64,000 bases of DNA. Source: Octopus vulgaris (lineage: Eukaryota). Positions within the stretch are counted from its first letter, which is position 1. The number at the start of each line of letters is the position of its first letter. Shown one piece after another: positions 38,611 through 51,459 of the stretch. The DNA is taken from positions 68,262,001-68,326,000 of the forward strand of contig OX597824.1 in the NCBI GenBank assembly GCA_951406725.2, written 5' to 3'. The position numbers were made by a program, and so were the translations under genes. The notes under the pieces are model-generated. The model saw only the letters and a program-made list of their open reading frames with translations. It made no database searches and was not told the origin of the DNA.

Positions 38611-40374
38611 AGTGATTAGTATTATTATTATTAATAATATTATTGTTGTTAGTAGTAGTAGTAGTAGTATCATTAATCAGTTGCTATTTGTATAGCCAGG
38701 TTTGATAAGATAAACATCAGTTAAATAGTTGTGCTCTTCCCGCCACTACACCAGGCAACATTTTCTCATTGCTAAGGAGATAGATATCTTTGTTCTGGGG
38801 TTTGTATGTGTGTGTGTATGTGTTTCTAAGGCTATGTGTGTGTGTGTGGGCCTCTGTTCAAGCATACATGTATATGTTTGTGTGTGTGTGCGTGCGCGCG
38901 TGTACATGCATGTCTGCTTGTCTTTGTTAGTTTGCAAAAGTGTCTATGTGACTACTGTCAGTGCTTCAATCAGTTCTGCAGGTTAAGATCTATATGACAT
39001 TATAGACCGGATGTTAGGGGAGCAGGTGAAAGACAGTGTGTGTGTGGGTTAGAGGTGGGGTTTGAAAACATGATCTAGGTTGGTGGTGTCATAGTTACTT
39101 ACTTCTCCCGCTCTCTTCCCCTCCCTCCTCTCCCTCCCTGCCGCACCTCTATGGTATTGTGTCTGTGCTCCCCCCCTGTTACTTTTATGAAGAAATGTGT
39201 GTGGTACTGTATGTATATATAAGCATGTGTGTATGTAGTTGTGTGTGTGTATATATATATAGAGAGAGAGAGGGCTAAATAAATGTAGATAGATATTTAA
39301 AAAAATAAGTATATAGGTAATTTATAAATCTGATGAGTCATACCAGGACTTATTATCTATTCCTAGAATTAAATATATACATAAAATCCATTCTACTATA
39401 GGCACTGGGCCTGAATTTTTAGGGAAGGAGTATTATCAATTACATCAACTCCAGTATGTAACTGGTACTTATTTCATCGACCTTGAAAGAGTGAATGGTA
39501 ACGTTGACCTCAGCAGAATTTGAACTCGGAATGGATGGATGAAATGCTATTTAGCATTTTGTCCCGCCAGGTAATGATTCTTCTAGTTCATTGCCCTACT
39601 TAGTATATATATATATATAATGCATGGTTGTACTAAGTTCCTGCAGTGAGGTGGTGTGAATTCACTGGCATCTTCAGTTCTTAATGAACCAGAAGATAAG
39701 TACAGAGTGTCATATTGATTGATAAATCAGTGACAAAAGAACAGGAGTTATATAATCGTGTTCGTTACTTAACAGCTGTTTCGGACATAAATAACTGTGG
39801 CTCACAGGTAAGTGTTAGTGTGGCATCTTACAGCTTCATCTGAGCCTTCATTTATAAGCTTATGAATGTGGATACATAACTGCTGTTCTTTTGTAATTAA
39901 CGTGTATGTATGTGTGTGTTTGTGTGTATAAATGAAATTGTATGGCTGTATGGAAAAGGATCATGCTTCCCAACCATGTTCTCCTAAGTGCAGTCACACT
40001 GCACAGCATCTTGAGCAAGTGTCTTCTACTATGGCCCTAGGCAGACCACAGCCTTGTCAGTGAATTTGTCAGAAGAAAACTGAAAGAAGCTCGCTATATA
40101 TATCTGTGTGCATGTACATGTGTATTTGTGTGTACTGTTGTCTTGACAAACGAGCATCACTATCAGATAAGAAATATTAGTTTGCTTGGGAACAGGTGAG
40201 GGTTGGCAACAGTAAGGGCATCTAACCATAGAATATCTGCTTTGACCATTTGACCTATGGAAGCATGAAAAAGTGGGCAATAAACAATGATGACATATGT
40301 TTGTACATATATATTAATTTCTGTGTGTGTGTGTCTGTGTGTGTGTGTGTGGTTGTGTGTGTGTGTGTGCGTAC

Positions 40375-40822
40375 ACACATAAAAAGCACCATTTGAACGT
40401 TGGGCCTCATGGAGGTGATAAGTGACTTTGATGATATGACTTTGATGATAGTTGTGGCTGATGCCGGTGTCACGTAACTGGCACCTGTGCTGGTGGCACA
40501 TAAAAAGCACCCTTCAAATGTTGGGCCTCACAGAGGTGATAAGTGACTGAGACCTTTGGCGATATGCTGTGCTTGAGAAGAATCATCAAGCCAAGTGAAA
40601 TTGTAGTTGTTGCCAATGTCATGTTACCGGCATCCATGCCAGTGGCACATTAAAAGCACCCATTACACTCTTGGAGTGGTTGGTGTTGGGAAAGGCATCC
40701 AGCCGTAGAAACCATGCAAAATCAGATTGGAACCTGGTGCAGCTTACCAGTTTCAGTCAAACCATCTAACCCATGCCAGCATGGAATTTAGATGCTAAGT
40801 GATGATGGTGATGATGATGATG
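40375..40822 (+). mobile_element. RTE 3'-UTR fragment
   Basis: aaaagcacc repeats, ggcatccagccgtagaaacc, ccatgccagcatgg and a (GAT)n tail. Confidence 0.8.
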
Positions 40823-40839
40823 TACATCTATACATATAT

Positions 40840-41150
40840 ATCTTGTTTCAGTCATTTGACTGTGGCACTGTCTTGAAGGGTTTTAGTTGAACAAATCAAC
40901 CCCAGTACTTTTTTGTTTTAGTCTAGTTCTTATTCTGTCGGTCTCTTTTGCTGAATCGCGAACCGTCAAGTGATGGTGGGAGACTAACACATACACTAAG
41001 ACACACATATATAGATATGTACATACATATATATATATGATGAGCTTCTTTCAGTTTCTGCCTACTAACTCCACTCATAAGGCTTTGGTTGACCCAAGGC
41101 TATAGTAGAAGACATTTGCTCAAGGTACTACGCCGTGGGACTGTACCTGG
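40840..41150 (-). mobile_element. SINE family A (partial)
   Basis: Reverse-complement match. Confidence 0.8.
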
Positions 41151-41425
41151 AGGGAGAAGACACACATGGCAAATTTTAAAATCTCTCTGTAGATGGAGAA
41201 AATGATGAAGAGCCTTATTCAGTTTTTGAACCTTATAGTGTTCTCATCAGAGGTGTCTATATCACTTGACCTGCTCCTGAGAAACAAATGGCCAGACAGA
41301 CTGCTTATATACACAACAAATCCAGTAGTTTCAGAGAACTGGAGCTACTAATTTGCATGAGTGTGTGTGGATATATGCTTGAATATACACATCTTTGTTT
41401 GTGTGTGTGTGTGTTAATATACATA

Positions 41426-41634
41426 CGAGGGGAGGCTGTAAAGTTCCTGGCTTTAAGGGTATCACGAAAGGCCTGATTGGAGACCTAACCTTCTGAGTTC
41501 TTTTACAGGGCTTACAGAAACTGCAAGACTGCTGCTATAAGTGTGTGAATCTGAGAGGGTAACCATATGGAATAAAATCATAATCCTCCATTATTTATTT
41601 TAACCAAAGCCAGAAACTTTCCAGCACCCCTTTG
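41426..41634 (+). mobile_element. Mariner-derived MITE
   Basis: TA-flanked ~28-bp TIRs (cgaggggaggctgtaaagttcctggcttt / aaagccagaaactttccagcacccctttg). Interior retains a transposase C-terminus remnant QGLQKLQDCCYKCVNLRG. Confidence 0.8.
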
Positions 41635-42821
41635 TATATATGTATGCATGTATTCACACAAATTGTGCTCAATGCACTGTGTATAGTGAATGGCAAATGA
41701 ACAGAGAATGCATAGGGGTCTAAAGTTCCTTTTTTTAACTGCTCCAGTGATGGTGGCACAGGTGTATGTATTCAATACCTTTTGTAAAGTGGTTGATGGT
41801 AGGAAGGGCATTCAGCTATAGAGATTGTGGTAAGTGACATATTTAGCTTAATATTTAGCTTCAGACTAAGGAAGCAGCAGGTCTCAATCGGAGATGACTC
41901 AGCCCAAGATGACCCAGCAAACCCATGTCAGTTTGGAAAGCGGATGTGAAAGTCATGGTAATGATGATATTGTGTGTGTGTGTGTGTGTGTGATGTGAAA
42001 GTGAGATGGTATCTGGGACGGGATGGATAGAGTATTGCTGGTAGGGAAAGCTTGGGAGACTATTTCAGAAAGGTAGGGTGAGGCAAGATGAATGAAGAAA
42101 AGGAAAGGATTGGAGAAGGAGAAGGTGAAGTAGAAGAGACAGAGAAGGAGAGAAGAGAAACAGAAGTGGTGTTGTTAACTGCGTGTTTGTATTCACCAAT
42201 AATTAAGCTGGACTGTGTGCTTTAAACTCGATTGGTTGTAATAAATCTAGTGATAGTATTTATGTATATTATCATTGACATGTCTGTGTATTTGTGTATA
42301 TGTATGCATATTTGTATATATATCTATGTGTGAGAATATATATATGTATATGGACATGTATGTTGTGTATGTGTGTAGGTATATGTATACACTACGTGCT
42401 AGAATAATGAAACTCTATGGAGCCATAATTTGATACTGGAGCCATAATTTGATACTGCAGCCATTAGCTTTTATACACACATATGCACACATTCTGCGTA
42501 TATTACTAGCCCTTGTGCTAATTCAGAAACATACATTGTATTAAATGTACAGTCCATAATATACTTTGGAACACGTGAGGAGCTGGTTCCAAGAGAGGGG
42601 AATCTGCAACTAGCGAATGTTGTGGAATTACAAAATATGTACCTGACGTGGATTTTTAAATGTTTTTAAATGTTCCTAATACTGTGATTCGTATACTTAT
42701 CTGAAGAAAACAGTTTTCTATAATGATGTAAGGTACCCATTAATCAATTAAAAAATTTGTTAGAAACAGCTATAATGAATTGATACCTTTCCATTGTTTA
42801 TTTTATTTTTTGTATATGTAA

Positions 42822-43208
42822 CTAGCAGTATTGCCCGGCATTGCTCGGGTTTGTAAGGGAAATAACAATATAAGCATTTTTGAGAGTTATAGCAAAAAAA
42901 TGCATTAAAAATGGGAAAAAATTTATTGTAAATTTTTTTTTAAATCGTTGACTCATCGTAGACATTTTTAGAGAGTTACTTCCCTTATATAATAGCGAAA
43001 AAATGCATTAAAATGGAAAAAAAATGATGGTAAATTATTTTTAAAATCGTAGACTCAGCGTAGACACGCGCTAATACCCAGAAGGGCTCAATATGAATCA
43101 CGACAATAAGATACCCGGTTTTGGTTAAACTGCACCGCAAAATGTGGGAGTAGTTAGGAATCTAAATCGTAGGAGACAGACACACAACTTCACTTTTATA
43201 TATAAAGA
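42822..43208 (-). mobile_element. Non-autonomous Helitron, same family as 18070-18460
   Basis: Reverse complement begins tctttatatataaaag and ends cccgagcaatgccgggcaatactgctag. A|T insertion site. Confidence 0.85.
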
Positions 43209-43249
43209 TATACATGTATATTTATGTGTGTGTGTGTGTGTGTCTGTAC

Positions 43250-43880
43250 TTTTTATCTTTTACTTGTTTCAGTCATTAGACTGGCCATGCTGGGGCACCT
43301 TCTTGAAGAATTTTAGTTGAATGAATCAACCCAGAACTTATTTTTATAAGCCTGTAACTTAATGTGTTGGTCTCTTTTGCCAAACTGGCAAGTTACAAGG
43401 ACGTAAACACACCAACACCAGACACCAGTTGTCAAGCAGTGTAGGGGGTAACAAACACGGATACAAAGACACATAGACAGGCAACAGGTTTCTTTCAGTT
43501 TCCATCTACCAAATCTACTTACAACACTTTGGTTGACCTAAGGCTATAGTAAAAGAAACTTGCCCAGGGTGCAATGCAGTGGGATTAAACCTGGAACCAT
43601 GTGGTTGGTAGGCAAACTTATTTCTTTACTGCCCACCAGGGGCTACACACAGATGGGACAAACAAGGAGAGACAAACGGATTAAGTTGATTATATCAACC
43701 CCAGTGCGTAACTGGTACTTATTTAATCGACTCTGAAAGGATGAAAGGCAAAGTCGACCTCGGCGGAATTTGAACTCAGAACATAGCGGCAGATGAAATA
43801 GCGCTATGCATTTCGCCCGGTGTGCTAATGTTTCTGCAAGCTCACCTAGACACAAACTTCTTACCACACAGCTACACCTG
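43250..43880 (-). mobile_element. SINE family A with a family B SINE (~43620-43845, minus) nested in its head
   Basis: Family A sequence breaks at ggcaaactt and resumes at caaacttcttaccacacagc. Confidence 0.85.
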
Positions 43881-44429
43881 CACCTGTATGTATTTGTATG
43901 TATTTTTGTGAGAGTGTTTGTACATGTGTATAAATATATAGACAGATATAGATACACACATACACACACACAGGAGATAGGTAATTATTATGATTCCAAG
44001 TGAGTTCACATTTGGAGCTGTTGCCCTTTTAGATGTTTCTGAGGGCCACAAGTTTTTTGTAAATGCTTCCTTTTTAGTATTTCTTCTGTGGTTGGATTTC
44101 CTTGTTATTACCAATATGTGTATGTGTGTGCATATTTATACAACCATTTATATATGTATATGCATGCAATTTTGGTACATTACCTACTTGTATTTTTGAT
44201 ACACTACCTAAAATAGACATGTATCTTATCCTATTGAAAGTATATCTCTCATTTCAGTGTCGCTTAGCAAAATGCTTCATGTAACTCTTCGTTGCCTTAG
44301 GATACCTAATTGTTTATTAAATGTGTTAGATTACCAGAAAATGTTGCCCACAAGAGTCTGGTGTCCAGTTCAGTAAAGATTTATTTCTACTTCTAGTTTC
44401 TCTGAGCAGTACATATAATTCTATATTTT

Positions 44430-44741
44430 CTTTACTCTTTACTCTCTTTTACTTGTTTCAGTCATTTGACAGTGGCCATGCTGGAGCACTGCCTTTAGTT
44501 GAGCAAATCAACCCCAGGACTTATTCTTTGTAAGCCTAGTACTTATTCTATCGGTCTCTTTTGCCGAACCACTAAGTTATGGGGACGTAAACACACCAGC
44601 ATCGGTTGTCAAGCGATGTTGGGGGGACAAACACAGACACACACACACACACTCACTCACACACACACACACACATATTTACACGACGTCTACGAAATCT
44701 ACTCACAAGGCTTTGGTCGGCCTGAGGCTATAGTAGAAGAC
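44430..44741 (-). mobile_element. SINE family A (5'-truncated)
   Basis: Reverse-complement match. Confidence 0.85.
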
Positions 44742-45219
44742 TACCAAAGACAGACTGCCAAATTTGAGAATTGGTACCAGAGAGAGAGAGATTGACATCT
44801 TCCCAAAGGGAGAGTTAACTCTCATCAGCTTGAATCTCCCAAGAAATTGCAGTTCTTTGATTACACCTGAACACATTTGGTGCTATTTACCAAAGTAAAA
44901 ATAGATGTTGCACTTAATGTTTGATGCATATAGCTGATTGTTTGACTGAGCACATGGTACCTGGCTGTATGTCCTTCCATCCTGTCCATCCCCACCTATC
45001 TATTAGAGACAGAGTGGTGTTTTGTAGACGTAATTTTAGAACCTGTTGTGACCTATCTGGATTTGAACCTGAACCCTTGCCTATGTAGTTCAGTTTAAAA
45101 GTCACTGGGGGCAAGTGGGGATGAATGGGGGGAGTGAACTGGTCTTTATCGACTTCTTGAGAATTTTAAATGAGTCAAGACAGTGATGAGAAACAGATAC
45201 AAGATAATTAGCTGGTAGA

Positions 45220-45252
45220 GTGGTGATGGTGGCAGTGGTGGTAGCAGTGTTG

Positions 45253-45284
<32 letters not shown>

Positions 45285-45392
45285 GGCAGGGGCGGTGGTA
45301 GTGAAGTTGGTGGTGATGGCAGTGGTGGTGACATTAGCAGCGGCAGTGGTGATGGCAGCTGCTGCTGCTGCCGTGGTGGTAGTGGTGGTGGT
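45220..45392. repeat. Degenerate (GGT/GTT/GCT)n trinucleotide tract
   Basis: Direct reading. Confidence 0.9.
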
Positions 45393-46004
45393 GGGGAATC
45401 GATGGGATATGGATTAGAAGAAGAGGGAGTGAAATAGAAATTGCAATAGATAAGATAAATGAAGAAAGATTTGTGTTAGTTTATTTACTCGAAATTAAAA
45501 AAAACAAGGTGGGTGGGGAAGGAAAGATCTAAAACGAACAAAACTTCAGAAGCAAAAGGTAAAAAAAAGAAAAAAGAAAAATGTAAATCTCCACCACCTT
45601 CAACTCCCATCCCACCCCCTGCTCCTTCGGTGATGTGATAAGTGTCGCAAACAACAGCTTGATAATGTTCCCTGGGAATCAATATTGTTCTGATATCCTG
45701 TACATTTGAGGGACACTGACCGACAATCTAGTTGGATTGATTTAAACACCTATAATCAATTGTTTAAACACTGTTTATCACACACACACACACACACATG
45801 CATACACTCTTTTTTCTTTCTCTCTCTTTTCTTTCTTTCTCTCTCTCTCTCTCTCTCTCTCTTTGCTTATATCTATATATTTCCTCTCTCTAATCTACCA
45901 ATACTTGGCTCAATATCTTTAACTCTCTTAGTCTCTCTCTACTATGTGTCTGTCTGTCTATTTATCAGTGTATGTATGTGTGTTTCTATATGTATGTATA
46001 TGTG

Positions 46005-46039
<35 letters not shown>

Positions 46040-46042
<3 letters not shown>

Positions 46043-46283
46043 CACCATCCGTCCATGGCCGTTTGCCAGCTCCGTCTGGCACCTGTGCGGGTGGCACGTA
46101 AAAAGCACCCACTACACTCACGGAGTGGTTGGCGTTAGGAAGGGCATCCAGCCGTAGAAACACTGCCAGATCAGACTGGGCCTGATGCAGCCTTCTGGCT
46201 TCACAGACCCCAGTTGAACCGTCCAACCCATGCTAGCATGGAAAGCGGATGCTAAATGATGATGATGATGATGATGATGATGA
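46040..46283 (+). mobile_element. Young RTE 3'-UTR-only copy with (GAT)n tail
   Basis: Nearly identical to 15602-15840. Inserted after (TA)n. Confidence 0.9.
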
Positions 46284-46285
46284 TA

Positions 46286-46500
46286 TGAGGGTTTGTTGCT
46301 GAAATGTTCCTGGCTTTGGTCAAAAGAAAATACAGGAGGGTCAGTTGATTATGATTTTATCCAACATATTTCCATCTCAAACTCGCATATTTATTCCACC
46401 AGTCTTTCAGCTTTTCTAAGCCTTGTAAAATAACTCTGAATGTTGGGCTTCCAGGCATTTCATGATATCCTTAAAGCCAGGAATTTTTAGCACCCCTTCA
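46286..46500 (-). mobile_element. Mariner-derived MITE, inverted copy of 41426-41634
   Basis: Same TIRs (gctgaaatgttcctggcttt / aaagccaggaatttttagcacccc). Interior is the reverse complement of the first copy. Confidence 0.78.
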
Positions 46501-46769
46501 TGTGTGTGTTTGTGTGTGGTAAAAATGGGAGAGATAATGGTGAGTGATCTTGGAACTGCTGATTCCTTGATGGGCCCTAGATGGCCATCCCCAGTTGAGA
46601 CTTCTCATTTCATTGCTTTTGTATATTGCTGTTTTCTATACCTGTTTTTGTATGTTAAAAAAATTTTTTTTTTCATAATCTAGTTTAAGTAAACCCTCAT
46701 AGGTTTTGTAATTTGTCCTTGCAATTTTCCATCATCAGTTGCCCTTGTGGCAAATGAAATGTATCTGAC

Positions 46770-47575
46770 ACTAGAGATAGGTGAGAGGAGCAAGACTGCT
46801 TCATTCATGAGACAAGTCTTTTCACAGATCATCATCTTGAAGAAGCTGCAATCTTGGATAAAAGAAAGAAAGAGACTGGGCACCTGGCACTTAGAGTGTT
46901 ACCAGGTACTCACAGCCCTCCAGTCAGATAATGGGATTGGTGGATGTTCCACTCTAACAATATCCAGAGGATTAGTGGCTGGAAAGTGCTTTGACATTCT
47001 TGGAGAGACTTAGAGAATCACTGAAAATGAACTGGCACCTCTGTTCTGGAGGACTTTCTAGTTGGGTGACTACCATGAATAATTTCCAGAAGTCTTTGGC
47101 TTGGCAATGCTATCAAGTGACACTACTAGTTCAAGATAAATTCTACAGGCTCAGATGAGCTGTCTGATGGGCTTGTCTGAGATGCACACAGAGTGATAAA
47201 ACCACTCTGCATGCACTCATTGGATGTCCAAGTATTGTTGACTTGTGGAGTTAGATTGAACAGCTGCTGCTGTGTGTGAGATGGATCTATCAGCTGAGTT
47301 CATAGTGATAATTGCCCCACTGCCTTTCTTAATCAGGCAGGTCAGACAGTTTTATTTTGTCTTGTGGTGATTGCAAAAGAGGTTGTCTAATGGATAAAGC
47401 TGAAAGGTATGAAGACAGAGACTTTCCTTTATGACAGATCCCTCGTTGACTTTTACAAATTTCACTTGGAAAGTGAAGGTGGAAAAGTTGGTTCTGTTCT
47501 TGAGTGAATTAATTGAAAGGTGGGTAAAAATTGAAAGAATGGCAAGAGTGGATAGAATGTTGAATGAAACACCCA
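46770..47575 (+). mobile_element. Fossil L1/Tx1-clade LINE ORF2 C-terminus
   Basis: Remnants SLAWQCYQVTLLVQDKFYR (zf-RVT-like LAWxxxxxxLPVxDKLxR) and RWVKIERMARVD, with many stops. Confidence 0.65.
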
Positions 47576-47849
47576 TCTTTCCAGAGGGGAATTATTCAAA
47601 CCCCAAATAATTCCTCTCAGCACATGGCTACGATGCTCTCCAACTACTGCTCATGATCGGAAATGCACCTATTGTTGGCCACCAAGGGACATGCTCAACT
47701 GGTTACAGTCAAACAACTGACAAGCAAATCTGTGGTATTGAGCAGAACGGTTGCTGTAGCCCATCTTTTATACCAAGACAAAACTTATACATGATAACAC
47801 TTCCGATCAGTTAAGATCAGAAGCCATGAAAGCCAGTGCCTGGTAATGC

Positions 47850-47888
<39 letters not shown>

Positions 47889-47944
47889 CAACACTACTAC
47901 TACTACTACTACTATTATTATTATTATCTTTTTGTTTTTTATAG

Positions 47945-48010
47945 AGTTCAGAAAGAGGTGAATCATCACAAGTGTTGGCAGATATTGCAGAACTCCAAAA
48001 TAAAAACAAA
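47945..48010 (+). CDS. TRIP11: Exon (66 nt, phase 0-0) of golgin TRIP11/GMAP-210-like gene: SSERGESSQVLADIAELQNKNK
   Basis: Acceptor ttttgttttttatag, donor gtaagt. Open frame joins in phase to the 50284 exon. LQNKNK|EL resembles human TRIP11 LQNIIK-EL as recalled. Confidence 0.82.
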
Positions 48011-48780
48011 GTAAGTTTCCTTTTTCTTCTTCTCATAAATTTCTTATCTTTTTTTTTTTTTCGTTTTCTATCAAAATTTTGTTTTTTTCAAATTTAATGC
48101 TTTGATTAAATTTCATTAGATATCTGATACATCATTAAGAAAAGTTTTTGAGTCTAAATCCTTCTAAGCTTGATTCTAATCTCAGCTCTATCCATCAGAA
48201 GGCTCATGTTGGCAAAAAAAAGTAGGTGTTAAATTTCTAACCAGCCACAGCAACTTGGTTTCACATATCAGCTGATGCAAGTTCTTGGCAATGTTAATGG
48301 AGAAGTTGATTGAAATAACAGATGTTATAACTGGCTGTGCAAGAAGCAAATAGATGATTTGACCTAGGGGTTTTATTGCTACATACCAGACTTGTTTGTC
48401 CCCATCAAGGCAGCTGTCAGCTGTGACTGGCAGCAAACTGGGACTATTCCCAGTTGTATGAGCCAAGAAGTTTTAGGGAGACTTAAATATACTATAATAT
48501 ACTATAAAGTATATTAAATGCTTTGTATGTCAATATTGTATTAATGGGTTGCACAGGAGCAAGAATTTCTGAAATATGACACATACATGCATTACTCATT
48601 CTTCATCTTTGATTTCACTGTTGTTTACATTAGGCATACTCAGATATGAAATGTCATAACAAATCAATGCTAGCTATAATTTCTATAGAAAATCTGTTGA
48701 GACAACCTTAACAAGTGAACCAATAAGTGGTAAGGGTACTGAGAAAGGAACAGAAAAGAAGAACATGTATGATTCTTTTA

Positions 48781-49072
48781 GGCATAGGAGTGGCTGTGTG
48801 GTAAGTAGCTTGCTTACGAACCACATGGTTCCAGGTTCAGTCCCACTGCGTGGCACCTTGGGCAAGTGTCTTCTCCTATAGCCTCGGGTTGACCAAAGCC
48901 TTGTGAGTGGATTTGGTAGATGGAAACTGAAAGAAGCCCATCGTAGATATGTATATATATATGTATGCGTGTATATGTTTGTGTGTCTGTATTTGTCCTT
49001 CCCAACATCACTTGACAACCGATGCTGGTGTGTTTACGTCCCCATAACTTAGCGGTTTGGCAAAAGAGACCG
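48781..49072 (+). mobile_element. SINE family A (3'-truncated)
   Basis: Low-divergence match. Confidence 0.88.
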
Positions 49073-49104
49073 ATATTTCAGGCTTTGTGACTTTAGTAGA
49101 AAGG

Positions 49105-49137
<33 letters not shown>

Positions 49138-49139
49138 GT

Positions 49140-49697
49140 TTGGATGTGTAATGTCAGTGTGCATATAAGACAAACTGCAAGTACCCTGAGGGAAAAGTTA
49201 GACATAAGAAGCATCAGATGTGGTGTACAAGAGAGACAACTGCATTGGTATGGTCATGTATTGCATATTGATGAGGACAGCTGTGTGAAAAAGTGTCACA
49301 CCCTAGCAGTAGAGGAAACCTGTGGAAAAGGTAGACACAGGAAGACATTGGATGAGGTGGTAAAGCATGACCTTTGAACAGTGGGACTCACAGAGGCAAT
49401 GACAAGTGACCGAGACCTTTGGAGATATGCTGTGATTGAGAAGACCCAGCAAGTCATGAGATCATAGCCATGGCTGATGCCAGTGTCTCATAACTAGCCC
49501 ATTTAAAAGTACTCTTCAATCGTTAGGCAATATGCTGTGCTTGAGAAGACCTGTTGAGTCAAGTGAAATCATAGTGGTGGCCGATGCCAGTTTTGCCTGA
49601 CTGCTACCCATTCCAGAGGAATCTAAAAAGCATCCACTACACTCTCAGAGTGGCTGGTGTCAGGAAGGGCATCCAGTTGTAGAAACCTTGTTAGATG
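49140..49697 (+). mobile_element. RTE LINE 3' fragment
   Basis: WMCNVSVH...TLREKLDIRSIRCGVQERQLHWYGHV...TCGKGRHRKT. The 3' UTR is interrupted by a SINE at 49704. Confidence 0.9.
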
Positions 49698-49703
49698 TTT
49701 TGA

Positions 49704-49935
49704 AGGCGCTGAGCTGGCAGAGACGTTAGCACGCTGGGTGAAATGCTTAACGGTATTTCATCTGCCGCTATGTTCTGAGTTCAAATTCCACCGATGTCAA
49801 CTTTGCCTTTCATCCTTTCGGGGTCAATTAAATAAGTACCAGTTATGCTCTGGGGTTGATATAATAGACTTAATACGTTTGTCTGTCCTTGTTTGTCCCC
49901 TCTGTGTGTTGCCCCTCGTGGGCAGTAAAGAAATA
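49704..49935 (+). mobile_element. SINE family B (tail type 1) with 17-bp TSD
   Basis: agaaaccttgttagatg at 49681-49697 and 49936-49952. Confidence 0.9.
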
Positions 49936-50283
49936 AGAAACCTTGTTAGATGATGACGATGATGATTATTGTTGTTGTTGTTGTAGCTATTGCTGCTGCA
50001 GTTGCTGTGAGCTTCCAGAATCGTTACCACACCAAGCAAAATGCTTAGTGACATTTCATTTGTCTGTGTTCAAATTCTGCCAGGTCAACTTTGCCTTTGA
50101 TCCTTTCAGAGTTCATAAAATATGTATCAGTTGATCACTCGGGTTGATGTAATTGATTTATTCAATCCTTTGGAATTATTGACCATCTGCCAAAATTTGA
50201 AATCATTATCATCATTAACAAATTTTACTGCTTAGTGGAATTTATATCAAGAGAAATTGAATGTTTTTCAAAATTATTTTCAG

Positions 50284-50419
50284 GAGCTTGAGAAACAGTT
50301 CCATACTGAGAAAGAACGGCATCATGATGAAGTATCTGCCCTCCAAAATATGTACTACCAGAAGATCACCGACCTTAAAAAAACATATCAAGAAAAATTG
50401 GACAGTCAACAGACATCAG
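50284..50419 (+). CDS. TRIP11: Exon (136 nt, phase 0-1): ELEKQFHTEKERHHDEVSALQNMYYQKITDLKKTYQEKLDSQQTS(G)
   Basis: Acceptor attattttcag, donor gtgcgc. Heptad-rich. Aligns by eye with recalled human TRIP11 [39 protein letters not shown] (shared EL..E..H..E.S.LQN...QK.T..E.L pattern). Confidence 0.9.
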
Positions 50420-51409
50420 GTGCGCCATTCCTGTTCATCTGTCTTTTTTTATTTGGTAGAATTAGCGTGGATTTTTTTCCTTTGATAGAATGGGTTGAGC
50501 AATAGACAAAATGCTTTGTGATATTTTGTTATGTTGTTTTACATTCAGTATTCTGTGTTCAAACCCCACTGAAATTAATTTTGTCTTGCATAATTCTGAG
50601 ATTGATAAACTAAGTATCATCATCAACATGATCATCATCATCATTTTAGCATAGGTAATGAATCAGCTGAATCATTAAAGTATCTGTATGGAATGTCCTG
50701 TGGTATTTATCTTGATTTTTATGAGGTACTGAGTTCAAATCCTGCTGAAGTCACCTTTTCCTTTCATCCTTCCAGGGGTTGATAAATATAGTACCGATTT
50801 AAGGCATTATGATTGACAGAATAATTGGCAGACCATTGGCCAAAATGCCTTGTGTCATTTCTCCTGGTCTATACATCCTGAGTCCAAATCCTGTTGTCAC
50901 TTATTTGTGTAGCAGATGTAATCCATTGCTTGGTTTAATATGACCATCTGCTCTCTAGATATCTGTAACTAAGTCCAATTTATTGCAAGCAGCTGGGGCA
51001 TCTTTGAGGCCTTAAAAGGGTCATAGACATCACCTTTCCTCTTTGCTAAATGATTAAAAATAAGTTTATCTTTGTTAGCATGGGTTTGTAGTTATAAGCA
51101 CTATCCTCTTTACTAACTAATAAAGTAAAATGGTTTATCCTTGTTATTATAGATCTGCAATGTGCTTTATCACTGCAGACCCATGCACCAGGCATATTGT
51201 CTGTGACACCCAATATCCTGAAATCTAATCTCACTACTACTCTTCAAATCATTTATGGGTCCATCTCTTCCATGGCTACTACCTCCATCATTCCAAATTA
51301 CGAACACTTTTGTTAGCACAGTCATACCTTACTTCCTGGGATATTACGTGCCACCCATGTCATTTGTAATTAATTATTTGACATTTTTGGATAATTTTCT
51401 TTTAATCAG

Positions 51410-51459
51410 GTAATGAAACAAAGGAAGCTGTGGAAAGTGCAGAGGAAAAAAGGTTAAAG
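51410..51459 (+). CDS. TRIP11: Exon (50 nt, phase 1-0): (G)NETKEAVESAEEKRLK
   Basis: Acceptor ttttcttttaatcag, donor gtaaag. Supplies exactly the phase change needed between the neighbouring exons. Confidence 0.8.

Noticed and set aside
39330-39360. CTGATGA followed by a gtc...gac stem
   Set aside because: No GAAA box follows, so it is not a hammerhead. The same applies to the CTGATGA sites near 13265 and 44825 on the minus strand.
39706-39807. Possible + strand exon ending CAG|GTAAGT in phase with 47945
   Set aside because: No polypyrimidine acceptor, no TRIP11-like content, and it overlaps a probable PLE remnant.
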